64,000 nt of DNA. Source: an uncultured Ktedonobacterales bacterium. GTDB lineage: Bacteria > Chloroflexota > Ktedonobacteria > Ktedonobacterales > DATBGS01. How positions within the stretch are numbered: the first letter of the stretch is position 1; every line of letters begins with the position of its first letter. The stretch spans positions 5,203 through 69,202 of the forward strand of contig CAZFWN010000008.1 of the NCBI GenBank assembly GCA_964522745.1. The letters are read 5' to 3'. The position numbers and the translations under genes were made by a program. The notes under the pieces are model-generated. The model saw only the letters and a list, made by a program, of their open reading frames with translations, searched no databases and was not told the origin of the DNA. This document shows, one piece after another, positions 27,901-35,825 of the stretch.

Positions 27901-28273
27901 GCCGTAATGCCTCCTCGCTGCCAGCCGCCAGGAGGGTGCGAAATTGTACAACATCGCAGGTTCTCTTGCCCAACTGGAGGGAAACTATCTCTCCGTCTGC
28001 GGCAAACACGGTCTCAGCCCCGCTGCTCTGGAGCGCCTGGCGGAGGTGATAGAGGCTGCCGCGCAGTGAGTGACGCGCGTTGCTCTCGACAGATTCGCTC
28101 CAGAGCAGGGTGGCGAGGTGTTCGCGGGTGTGCGCCCGCCCGGTGGCAGCCAGGTAGAAAAGGAGTGCGCGTGCTTTCTGGTCGTTCAGAGGCAGAGGTA
28201 TCCCCGCAACCTGAATTTCTGCCACGCCAAACAAACGCAAACTGAGAGGAGCGTTCTCATCGGACACTGACAC
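24935..28273 (-). CDS. SARP/AfsR-family regulator: OmpR-type wHTH + BTAD + AAA/NB-ARC-like ATPase + TPR
   Basis: N-terminus 'LRLFGVAEIQVAGIPL...KARALLFYLA...LATLLW', BTAD 'YLQRVIQVDPLAEETQRRLIGLYL', P-loop 'GEDGSGKSRLL', 'LLLTIDDLHWAN', and a long TPR C-terminus. Confidence 0.9.
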   Translation of the reverse strand: MSVSDENAPLSLRLFGVAEIQVAGIPLPLNDQKARALLFYLAATGRAHTREHLATLLWSESVESNARHSLRGSLYHLRQALQSSGAETVFAADGEIVSLQLGKRTCDVVQFRTLLAAGSEEALRQAAALHRGPLLQGFMLADAPLFEEWLRLARNELSQSYLQALSHLAASAEERQAWNDAISYLQRVIQVDPLAEETQRRLIGLYLRAATPGAALRQYQRFEAELRQELGIAPSRETQTLIQEALKPQRVLPARAKTAARFSERSAQSTPFVGRTESLNTLLKLSQAALAGHGVAVLVQGEDGSGKSRLLDEFVSRLSASPSPWIVLQGSCSPFDDLLSYGPFLDAFQNAGPGDLSDLLNQTQPIGPDDRSSFLWRVLQALRLLSQDTPLLLTIDDLHWANSSTLQLFGFLATRLRNLPVMLVGTVQRAEAIPALQRLVLAGSRHGDVHLLSLAPLTLEEVTQFLLSSGVSPASAAALSEWLHERSGGSPFILLEIMAQLRSEGMLAPVGERWQLDRGRWLRWRMVRTLPQTIHDLLAWRLADLSAAAQRLLEVLAVANQPLPLALLRDFPGIPADDLLPLLDDVLARGWIAEAPGDMVVLTHHLLRETLVHRLSHLRRRSIHRQLAEVVEHCPALQRVLPLRQMALHAVAGEDAERARRYGLEVLAELTQDDPGAETADFLHHLYDLLAPTASLEERLLLTRALGQVHQSLGQLELAADFQQQHLALASQAADCSLQATAHFEIGERALVLTDYLTAISAATAGLNVCAALEATEHDELAARGHRLLGAAVAMEGSDLPAAEQHLQKAAAAHRRANNHSDLCATIFELGNVAAQRGELQRALDFYAEAAHLASTAHVHYFRALAQNNFAYHSLLLGRSEEARRALAEGLKLAETYGLLGALLHLLSTQGELFLYTGEWAAATESFQHGLLLAEGLGHIERQAGYCGGLALAVRGQRDLERATALLEEALTLIAERGYWHLRARLQLWLAETRTEREHLREAQSHLDAALTTARGQNRVLLIIQGERLQARLLAARDEWSTANALFAATLERATKLHLPLESARTQAAWGEALLLSRLPTHNGRVLLADASETFAAHNAHAELAALQRFLV

Positions 28274-28422
28274 ACCTCTTTGAAATCTCCGCTGTCTCTA
28301 TAAAGATCGCTCGGATGTAACGGTGCCTCTGAGGTATTACAGATGTATGATACACACTCTGGCAAGGGGCAGAAAGACGAATCAATCAACGCTGCCACCG
28401 GCGCGGAAGAACTGTCGGCTGT

Positions 28423-29520
28423 TTACCGAGACCGCTGCGCCGTTGCTTTGTTTAGCACGGGCATCACTTCTTTGGCAAAGAGGTCAAGAGAGCGCACAAC
28501 CTGCGTATGTGTCAGCCGGCCAAAAGCGAAAACGCCGATGAAGGTCTCCAGATCAAGCGTCTGAATCTGATCCAGCAGCCGCCGTGTAACGGTCTCTGGC
28601 GACCCGATGACAGCAAGACCCTGTTCAGCTAATTTCTCATAGGTGTGCGGGCCAACAATAGGCAGATGGCCTGTTGCCTGGCGAAACATCTCATCGGTGA
28701 TTTGCATCGGATGGTCAAGCAGCAGATCGTTATAGGGCTGTTCATAGGAGAGTCGTTCATCAAGAAGCCGCCAGAAATCCCAGAGCGCTGGCTCCGCCTG
28801 GGCACGTGCCTCTGCATCGGTAGGGGCCACGTATATCTCTCGGAAGATGCGCGGGCGCGGTGGGAGCAAATCAGCGTGCCCGGCTGCTGCGTGGGTCTGG
28901 CGATAGAGTTGAAAATGCTCTCTGGCTTCAGCGGTTGGTGTGTAGTGTTCGGCTATGCCAAAGCCATGCTGCGCGGCCCAGATCACCGAGGTCTGGTGGG
29001 CGACGGCGGTAAAGAGCGGCGGATGAGGCTGCTGCAAGACGCCGGGCCGCAGGCGCACGTCTTCCAGATGATAGTGTTTGCCGTGATACGAAAACGGCTC
29101 GCTGGTCCAGAGACCCTGGACGATTTCGAGAGATTCATGAAATAGCTCGTTGACGTGTGCTGGCGAAAGGCCAAAGCGCTGCCACTCGGCGCGGCGCGAG
29201 CCTTTGCCAAGGCCAACGTTGAGCCGTCCGTGTGTCAGGTGATCGAGTACGGCCAGTTGCTCGGCCAGTTGCACCGGATGATGGAACGGCAGCACGTTAA
29301 TCATATTGCCCAGCCGCATGTGCGAGGTGCGTTGGGCAAGCGCGGCTACAAAGAGGTTGGGCGCCGGCGCGATAGCCTCATTGGCAAAGTGATGCTCGGC
29401 AAACCAGACCTCATCGAAGCCAAGTTGCTCCGCGTGGACAATCTCATCCAGTTGCTCATCGAACAGGGCAGTAAAAGGGACGCCGGGGCGTTGCATCAAA
29501 CAAAATAGACCAAAACGCAT
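28423..29520 (-). CDS. LLM-class (luciferase-like) flavin-dependent oxidoreductase
   Basis: 'MRFGLF...LDEIVHAEQLGFDEVWFAEHHF' and 'GRLNVGLGKG'. Confidence 0.85.
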   Translation of the reverse strand: MRFGLFCLMQRPGVPFTALFDEQLDEIVHAEQLGFDEVWFAEHHFANEAIAPAPNLFVAALAQRTSHMRLGNMINVLPFHHPVQLAEQLAVLDHLTHGRLNVGLGKGSRRAEWQRFGLSPAHVNELFHESLEIVQGLWTSEPFSYHGKHYHLEDVRLRPGVLQQPHPPLFTAVAHQTSVIWAAQHGFGIAEHYTPTAEAREHFQLYRQTHAAAGHADLLPPRPRIFREIYVAPTDAEARAQAEPALWDFWRLLDERLSYEQPYNDLLLDHPMQITDEMFRQATGHLPIVGPHTYEKLAEQGLAVIGSPETVTRRLLDQIQTLDLETFIGVFAFGRLTHTQVVRSLDLFAKEVMPVLNKATAQRSR

Positions 29521-29729
29521 GCGCTCTGCTCCTGAATATCGTTTGCCAAATAGAGTCTACATGACATAGAGTACCGCAGCCATGCCAAAACGACCATGTA
29601 GCCCGCTGCATATTGGTAGGAGGTGTGAGAGATGGGGTACAATATGGATGCGTTTTCTCGCGTCTGTCAGGTCTTTCTATGCCTCTACAAAAGCGTGATT
29701 TGCTTGAGAGAGAATGAAAAGAGGGGAAC

Positions 29730-29870
29730 ATGCTGGTCTTTTGGGTCTTTATTCCTGGTCCGGTGCTTTTAATCCTGGGGCTGCTGTACTTTAACTGGCG
29801 CAATCGCAGACAACAACTGGTGGGGAATCCATCGCTTCCTGAGACCACAAGCGAGGAATCTGCTCGCTGA
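29730..29870 (+). CDS. Candidate 46-aa small membrane protein
   Basis: ATG preceded by GAGGGG. 'MLVFWVFIPGPVLLILGLLYFNWRNRRQQ...' is one TM helix plus a positive anchor. It falls below the ORF-track size cut-off and has no other support. Confidence 0.3.
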   Translation: MLVFWVFIPGPVLLILGLLYFNWRNRRQQLVGNPSLPETTSEESAR

Positions 29871-29889
29871 GGGAGAGGGAAAAGGTGGG

Positions 29890-29961
29890 TGGGCGGCACA
29901 GGTCTCGAACCTGTGACCCTCTGCGTGTAAAGCAGATGCTCTACCACTGAGCTAGCCGCCC
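29890..29961 (-). tRNA. tRNA-Val (anticodon TAC)
   Basis: Hand-folded cloverleaf: GGGCGGC/TA/GCTC-AGTGGTA-GAGC/A/TCTGC-TTTACAC-GCAGA/GGGTC/ACAGG-TTCGAGA-CCTGT/GCCGCCC-A. 72 nt, CCA not encoded. Confidence 0.95.
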
Positions 29962-29995
29962 GAAGCCATGCCAGCGCTCTGCTGACACCAGGAAA

Positions 29996-30024
29996 AGTGT
30001 ACCATATTTGCGCTTCTTCTGCAA
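29996..30024 (-). promoter_or_regulatory. Candidate promoter TTGCAG-17-TACACT for tRNA-Val
   Basis: Read on the minus strand, about 35 nt upstream of the tRNA 5' end. Confidence 0.45.
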
Positions 30025-30131
30025 TGGTGGGTAGGTACTTCTCGCACTTTTCTTTGGGCCTCTCGAACGGCATGCTTCTTGAAAGAGGTAGCCCAGAGCC
30101 AGGTGGGCCAACCTGCATGTAAGGGACCAGA

Positions 30132-30983
30132 ATGAATATTTGCCTGAGAAGTATCCAATTACAACAGTTAAAGATTACGTATTCCACCAATATGCCAGTT
30201 GCTGGTGAGGCTGAGGCACAGGCGAATCCATCTGCTGCTCCGGCCAGTCCTGCTGAGCAGGGTGCCGAGTACGAGCCGATCATCTTGCTGCATGGATGGG
30301 GCGCCTCGATTCAAACGATGCTGCCTATTTTTAATTATCTCTCTCCGAGCTATGCTGTTTACGCGCTGGATTTTCCCGGCTGCGGTGGCAGCGATCAGCC
30401 GCCAGTTGCCTGGAGCGCTGGCGATTATGTGCGCCTTGTGCTGGATTGGCTGGACGCCTTGCACATTTCCCAGGCGACGTTTATTGGGCATTCGCATGGC
30501 GGGCGGGTCTCATTGCTGCTGGCAGCCCAACACCCGGAGCGAGTGAGGCGCCTGATTCTGGTCGATAGCGCCGGCATTCGCGCCCCGCGCAATTTCCGCT
30601 ATTATCGGCGCGTCTATTTTTATAAAGCCGCCAAGCGGGTGATTGCGCTGCCCGGTATCCGGCGCCGTCAGGCGCAGTTGCGCAAGCGGCTGATGAAATT
30701 TCTAGGTTCAGAGGATTACGGCAATGTGACGCCAGGCGTCATGCAGGGGACATTTATCAAGCTGGTGAATGAAGACCTGCGGCCCTGGCTCAAGCGCATC
30801 AAGGCGCCATCACTGCTGATCTGGGGTGAGAACGATCAGGATACGCCGGTGAGCGATGGCAAGCTCATGGAGCAGGAGATTCCTGATGCCGGGCTGGTCG
30901 TCTTGAAGGGCGCGGGCCACTATTCCTATCTCGATTGTTTTCCGCAATTCTGCGCCGTTATTTCCAGTTTTTTGCAATCATAG
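30132..30983 (+). CDS. Alpha/beta hydrolase
   Basis: 'ILLHGWGAS', nucleophile elbow 'GHSHGG', and 'GAGHYSY' His. The start could instead be the ATG at 30192. Confidence 0.85.
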   Translation: MNICLRSIQLQQLKITYSTNMPVAGEAEAQANPSAAPASPAEQGAEYEPIILLHGWGASIQTMLPIFNYLSPSYAVYALDFPGCGGSDQPPVAWSAGDYVRLVLDWLDALHISQATFIGHSHGGRVSLLLAAQHPERVRRLILVDSAGIRAPRNFRYYRRVYFYKAAKRVIALPGIRRRQAQLRKRLMKFLGSEDYGNVTPGVMQGTFIKLVNEDLRPWLKRIKAPSLLIWGENDQDTPVSDGKLMEQEIPDAGLVVLKGAGHYSYLDCFPQFCAVISSFLQS

Positions 30984-30999
30984 GTGAAGAAGGTTTGGT

Positions 31000-32691
31000 A
31001 TGCTCTGGTTGCTGGTTGGTGTGCCGCTGGCGCTGCTCTGGCAGGTGTACGTTGTTCGCCAACTCTCTCGCTTGCTGAATATTCATCAAATCGAAGAATA
31101 TCAAAATGGTCGTTTCTGGCGTTGGGTTCGGTCTGCGCCGACCCGCCTGATTCATCCCGCGCAGGTGGGAGCCAGCCTGGGGCTGGTCGTACTCTGGTTG
31201 GTCGGCTGGGCCTGGCATCCGGCGCTCTGGGCATTTGTGGCGCTCGCGCTGATCTCGGCGGCTGCGCCTGTGCTGCTGGCGCTGCGCGTGGAGGCGGTGC
31301 AGGCCAAAAAGCCGCTGGTCTATACGGCGCGTGCCAAACGCTTGCTCAGTACGGCAATTGCGCTTTCTTCGCTAGTAGGTCTGGCGCTGGCGATTGGTCT
31401 CTGGTTCGTGTTTCATCCGGCGGGCGGGGTGCAGGTGAGTGCTGCCACCTATGCCTGGGGGGCAGCGCTGCTGCTGGGGCTGGGCGTGCTGACTGCGCGT
31501 GGCGTGAGCGCGCTGGTACTCATGCTGGCGAATCTGGTGATGTTTCCTGTCGAAGCGCAGGTGCGCCAGTATTATCTGCGTCAGGCGAAGGGCAAGCTGG
31601 CGCGTTTGCATCCGCGTGTGATCGGCATCACTGGCAGCTATGGCAAGACCAGCACAAAATATATCCTCAGCACGATCCTTTCGGCGCGCTATAAGGTGTT
31701 GCCTACTCCGGGCAGCTTCAATACCCCGATGGGCATCTGCAAGGTGATTAACAACGATCTCCTCCCGGAACACGAGGTCTTTGTGGTGGAAATGGGAGCC
31801 TACAAGCGCGGCGAGATCGCAGAGTTGTGCCGGATCGCCCGTCCAGAAATTAGTATTCTGACGGCGGTTGGGCCGCAGCATCTCGAACGCTTCGGCAGCA
31901 TTGAAAATGTGATGCTTGGGAAAAATGAGATTATGGAGGCGCTGCCTGCGGGCGCGCCGGCGATCTATAACGGCGATAACCTCTACTGCCAGCGGTTGAT
32001 TGAGCAGATGCGCGCTCAGGGAAACGTGAAGGTGCTTTCGTATAGTCTTGATGTCGAGAATATCGAGGCGCAGGTGGTGGCAAGCGAGATTCAGGTGACG
32101 CGGCAGGGTCTCTCGTTTACTGTGACCTATCGCGGTGAGCAGGGCGAGGAGCGCGCATCATTTCGCAGCAAACTGCTGGGGCGGCACAATGTCTCAAATA
32201 TCCTGGCGGCAGTGCTGGCGGCGCTGGTTTGCGGACTGAGCCTGGAAGAGATTGCTCGCGCAGTGGAGCGGGTCGAGCCGGTTGAGCATCGTTTGCAATT
32301 GATTGCGGGAGCGGGCGGGGTGACGGTGATCGATGATGCGTACAACGCCAATCCAGAAGGAGTACGCACCGCGCTGGAGGTACTCGCTCAGTTCAAAGAT
32401 GGTAAGCGTGTGCTGGTCACGCCAGGGATGGTGGAGTTGGGGCCAATTGAGGAAGAGGAAAACTATCGTTTCGGCCAGCTTGCGGCGACCTCCTGCGATG
32501 CGGCGATTCTGGTGGGGCGCAAGCGTACCCAGCCTATTGCGCGCGGGCTGCGCGAGGCGGGCTTCCCAGAGCAGCAGTTGTTTGTGGTTGGCTCGCTGAG
32601 TGAAGCAACAGAGCAGATGAAAAGCCTGGTTGCCCCCGGCGCGGTGGTACTTTTCGCCAACGATCTGCCGGATACCTATAACGAGGAATAG
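31000..32691 (+). CDS. Mur ligase family protein (MurF-like) with ~190-aa polytopic membrane N-terminal region
   Basis: 'GITGSYGKTSTK' P-loop, 'EMGAYKRGEI' and 'DDAYNANPEG'. The N-terminus contains about 5 hydrophobic helices. Confidence 0.75.
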   Translation: MLWLLVGVPLALLWQVYVVRQLSRLLNIHQIEEYQNGRFWRWVRSAPTRLIHPAQVGASLGLVVLWLVGWAWHPALWAFVALALISAAAPVLLALRVEAVQAKKPLVYTARAKRLLSTAIALSSLVGLALAIGLWFVFHPAGGVQVSAATYAWGAALLLGLGVLTARGVSALVLMLANLVMFPVEAQVRQYYLRQAKGKLARLHPRVIGITGSYGKTSTKYILSTILSARYKVLPTPGSFNTPMGICKVINNDLLPEHEVFVVEMGAYKRGEIAELCRIARPEISILTAVGPQHLERFGSIENVMLGKNEIMEALPAGAPAIYNGDNLYCQRLIEQMRAQGNVKVLSYSLDVENIEAQVVASEIQVTRQGLSFTVTYRGEQGEERASFRSKLLGRHNVSNILAAVLAALVCGLSLEEIARAVERVEPVEHRLQLIAGAGGVTVIDDAYNANPEGVRTALEVLAQFKDGKRVLVTPGMVELGPIEEEENYRFGQLAATSCDAAILVGRKRTQPIARGLREAGFPEQQLFVVGSLSEATEQMKSLVAPGAVVLFANDLPDTYNEE

Positions 32692-32751
32692 GCAGATAAA
32701 AGGGAAATAAACAAACCTGCAAGCTATTGAGCAGCAAAAAAAGAGGATGAG

Positions 32752-33447
32752 ATGGATTTTTCTCAGTTTGATATACGCCATAACCCGACGGTTTCTGTAG
32801 AGGAGGGCTACGGCGAATGGGCCAGCACCTATGATGAGATCGAAGTGGGGATGCTGGATAGCCATCTGCTCGCTCAAATCCAGACGGTTCCCTGGGCGCA
32901 GGTCCGCCAGGCAGCGGACCTTGCCTGTGGCACTGGGCGGATCGGAGCCTGGCTTCAACAGCAGGGTGTTGAGACGATTGATGGTATTGACCTGACGGCT
33001 GAGATGCTGGAAGGGGCGCGAGCGAGGGGCATCTATCGTCATCTGCATCTGGGGGACATACGGGCCACCCCGTTCGAGACAGCACAGTATGATCTGGTCA
33101 CAGAGGTGCTGGCTGATGAGCATTTGCCAGAGGTGGGGCCGCTCTATCAGGAGGCGGCACGACTGGCGCGTGTGGGGGGATACTTTGTCCTGGTGGGCTT
33201 TCATCCCTATTTTCTCATGCGCGGCATTCCAACCAGTTTTGCGCGCTCTCCTGATGAGGCCATCGCCATCACCAGCTATGTGCATCTGCTGAGCGAGCAT
33301 ATCCAGGCGGCGCTGGCAGCAGGATGGTCCTTGCGGGAGATGTACGAGTGGGTGGTTGATGAAGAGTGGATCAGCAAGAAGGCCAAGCGACGCCAGTACC
33401 AGAACTGGCCGATTAGTTTTGCGCTGGTGTGGCGGAAAGAGGAGTAG
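32752..33447 (+). CDS. Class I SAM-dependent methyltransferase
   Basis: Motif I 'AADLACGTGRIG' and 'GIDLTAEML'. Confidence 0.8.
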   Translation: MDFSQFDIRHNPTVSVEEGYGEWASTYDEIEVGMLDSHLLAQIQTVPWAQVRQAADLACGTGRIGAWLQQQGVETIDGIDLTAEMLEGARARGIYRHLHLGDIRATPFETAQYDLVTEVLADEHLPEVGPLYQEAARLARVGGYFVLVGFHPYFLMRGIPTSFARSPDEAIAITSYVHLLSEHIQAALAAGWSLREMYEWVVDEEWISKKAKRRQYQNWPISFALVWRKEE

Positions 33448-34281
33448 TCATGCCGGCTTTTTGCCAAAATGGCAAAACCATACTGGATAGTCCTCAACCA
33501 ACTCAAATCCCAGCTTCATAGCAAGATTGCTTGATGGGATGTTCTTCTTCCAACAATGCCAGCCAATAGTGGTAATGCCTTGTGCTTGCGCGTAGGCCAT
33601 CGTTGCCTGAGCGGTTGCTGTCGCCAGACCACGACGCTGAAAGGCTGGCGCTGTTGCTATGCCTAACTCACAGTGGTCGCCATAATTGTATTCAGACATG
33701 CACCACCCGATGAGTTCCTGGCCGTATTGCAGGCAAAAGCCGAATCGCCCCTGAAGAAACGCTGCAACTGATGGCGCTTCTGAAAGCATCTCTTCCAGCA
33801 GATACTCGTGATACCTGAGCGACGATTCTGCTACCAGTGCTTCGTCAACCTTACGCAGCACAAACCCTGCCGGCAGCACAGGCGGCGGAAGAGGTGCGTG
33901 GAGATGGATACGGTAATACTGGCGCTCGGCGCGGTGAGCCTCGCTCTCTGCAAAGAGTGAGGCCAGCGTATCAGCCCAGGAGAGAGGAGTGAACGCGATA
34001 GTGCATACTATTGGCTCCTCCTCACTTGCCAGGCGCGTAAAGCGCTCGTGGAGGAGCGTGGCGAGCGCCTGAGAGAATGCGGCTCTGCTTGGATCGCCTG
34101 CCAGGTACATCTGATGATTCCAGAGGATGAGGAAACCCGCCTGGGGCGTCTGTGGATCGTCAACGTACAACTCGGCTGGCGACTCACCAGCCAGGGTGCT
34201 GTGGACGGCAAGATGGCGCTCACCGGCAAAGAGCGGCTGAGCCAGATGGAAGTTTCCAGAGGAAAGCTGATAAAGCATCAT
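33448..34281 (-). CDS. GNAT family N-acetyltransferase (C-terminal GNAT domain)
   Basis: 'GIATAPAFQRRGLATATAQATMAYAQAQG' is an acetyl-CoA-binding pattern. The stop abuts the methyltransferase stop with zero gap (convergent genes). Confidence 0.6.
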   Translation of the reverse strand: MMLYQLSSGNFHLAQPLFAGERHLAVHSTLAGESPAELYVDDPQTPQAGFLILWNHQMYLAGDPSRAAFSQALATLLHERFTRLASEEEPIVCTIAFTPLSWADTLASLFAESEAHRAERQYYRIHLHAPLPPPVLPAGFVLRKVDEALVAESSLRYHEYLLEEMLSEAPSVAAFLQGRFGFCLQYGQELIGWCMSEYNYGDHCELGIATAPAFQRRGLATATAQATMAYAQAQGITTIGWHCWKKNIPSSNLAMKLGFELVEDYPVWFCHFGKKPA

Positions 34282-34302
34282 AGTCTCCTTTTGCCTCGCG
34301 TC

Positions 34303-35415
34303 CTACCCTACGCGCTCGGTTGCCAGCGTGTGGCGCGCCAACACATCCTCGCGCAGCGTGACGCCGATGCCTGGGCCGTTGGTGGGAACCTTGATTGTGC
34401 CGTCAGGCTCCAGCACGGCGGGAGGGTCCACAATATCTTCCCGGTAGTAGCGCTCGCTGGCGGAGACATCGCCGGGGAGGGTAAAGCCTGGCAGGCTGCT
34501 GAGCGCGAGATTATGCGCCCGGCCAATGCCTGATTCGAGCATGCCGCCGCACCAGACGGGGACGCTGCGGCTGAGGCAGAGGTCATGGATGGCCTTTGTC
34601 TCTGTGTAGCCGCCGACGCGGCCCACTTTCATGTTGATGATGCGCCCGCTGTCCATTTCCAGTGCGTGGCGCGCATGCTGGAAGGTGTGGATGCTCTCAT
34701 CAAGGCAGATAGGCGTGGTGAGCTGGCGCTGAAGCTGCGCGTGGTCAAAGATGTCATCGTAATCCAGCGGTTGCTCGATCATCATCAGGTTGAGTGCGTC
34801 CAGCTTTTTCAGCGTGGGGGCATCCTCCAGCCGGTAGGCGGAGTTGGCGTCGGCCATCATCCTGATGGTTGGGAACGCCTGGCGGACGGCGCTGAGCGGC
34901 TCAAGATCGCAGCCTGGCTTGATCTTGATCTTGATGCGCTGATAGCCTGCGGCGACATGCTGCTCCACCACTTTGATTAGCCCCTCGATGGTGGGCTGAA
35001 TGCCGATGCTGACGCCTACCGGCACGCGCTCGCGCGCGCCGCCGAGCAGTGTCCGCAGTGAAACTCCCTGCGCTTTCGCAAACAGATCCCAGCAGGCTAG
35101 CTCAAGCCCTGCTCGCGCCATTGGGTGGCCGCGCACAAAGCGCAGGCGTTTTGCCGCCTCTTCTGGCGTGCTGAGTGGCTGGCGCAGCAGCGCTGGAATG
35201 GCGTAGTCGCGCAGGATATGCCAGGCAGTCTGAATGGTCTCATAGCTGTAGAAGGGCAGCGGGACGGATTCTCCATAGCCGGTCAATCCGCCTGCGAAGG
35301 CTTTGATAAGGATCAGTTCTCGCTGATCGGTGCGCCCGAAGCTGGTCTCAAAGGGGCTGACCAGTGGCAGCCGGGCATGGATCAATTCAACGGCTTCCAG
35401 GTTGATGGTGGGCAT
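34303..35415 (-). CDS. Enolase-superfamily o-succinylbenzoate synthase / N-succinylamino-acid racemase (OSBS/NSAR)
   Basis: KxK 'RIKIKIKPG', metal ligands 'DANSAY', 'MIEQPL' and 'CLDES', and a second Lys in 'NMKVGRVGG'. ATG at 35415 with a GGAAGG RBS. Confidence 0.85.
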   Translation of the reverse strand: MPTINLEAVELIHARLPLVSPFETSFGRTDQRELILIKAFAGGLTGYGESVPLPFYSYETIQTAWHILRDYAIPALLRQPLSTPEEAAKRLRFVRGHPMARAGLELACWDLFAKAQGVSLRTLLGGARERVPVGVSIGIQPTIEGLIKVVEQHVAAGYQRIKIKIKPGCDLEPLSAVRQAFPTIRMMADANSAYRLEDAPTLKKLDALNLMMIEQPLDYDDIFDHAQLQRQLTTPICLDESIHTFQHARHALEMDSGRIINMKVGRVGGYTETKAIHDLCLSRSVPVWCGGMLESGIGRAHNLALSSLPGFTLPGDVSASERYYREDIVDPPAVLEPDGTIKVPTNGPGIGVTLREDVLARHTLATERVG

Positions 35416-35617
35416 AGATACGCCTTCCTGAGATGATGATTGCAAGCGCTAGCACTGCCTGGGTGTTCTGGCAACAGTATAGCATGGTCTCATCAGGCGA
35501 TTCGGCATGGCATCAATCAGGGCTGCTCAAAAGTTAGCGCGAAGTGTTACCGATGCGCGGGGCATGGGTAACTCTTACCGAGTCTGGCAGGGCAGGCGCA
35601 GAGCGGCCTGGTGGGCA

Positions 35618-35644
35618 AGAGTTACCAGAGTTACCAGAGTTACC
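35618..35644. repeat. 3 x 9-bp perfect tandem repeat AGAGTTACC
   Basis: Read directly from the sequence. Two further GTTACC/GGTAAC hexamers lie at 35546 and 35567. Confidence 0.9.
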
Positions 35645-35825
35645 GCAAATCGCGCCTATGCTGTGAGCGGTGGGTTCACTGAGCGGGGCTGCTGAAGGGT
35701 GCTTGTTGTGCCTGAGCCACGAGAACTACTCTGCTTCTCTCTTGAATATACTCGAAAACCTGTTCTATGTCAAGTGCCAGGCAGTATTATGGCGTATTAC
35801 TCTGGAAAGTGATTACTATGCGCCC

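Noticed and set aside
29456-30283. A 275-aa minus-strand ORF.
   Set aside because: It runs through the tRNA-Val gene and its promoter, and overlaps the LLM 5' end and the hydrolase start. No domain is present.
35507-35695. A 62-aa ORF with 'VTRVTRVT'.
   Set aside because: The peptide repeat is the translation of the 9-bp DNA tandem repeat. There is no RBS and no coding signal.
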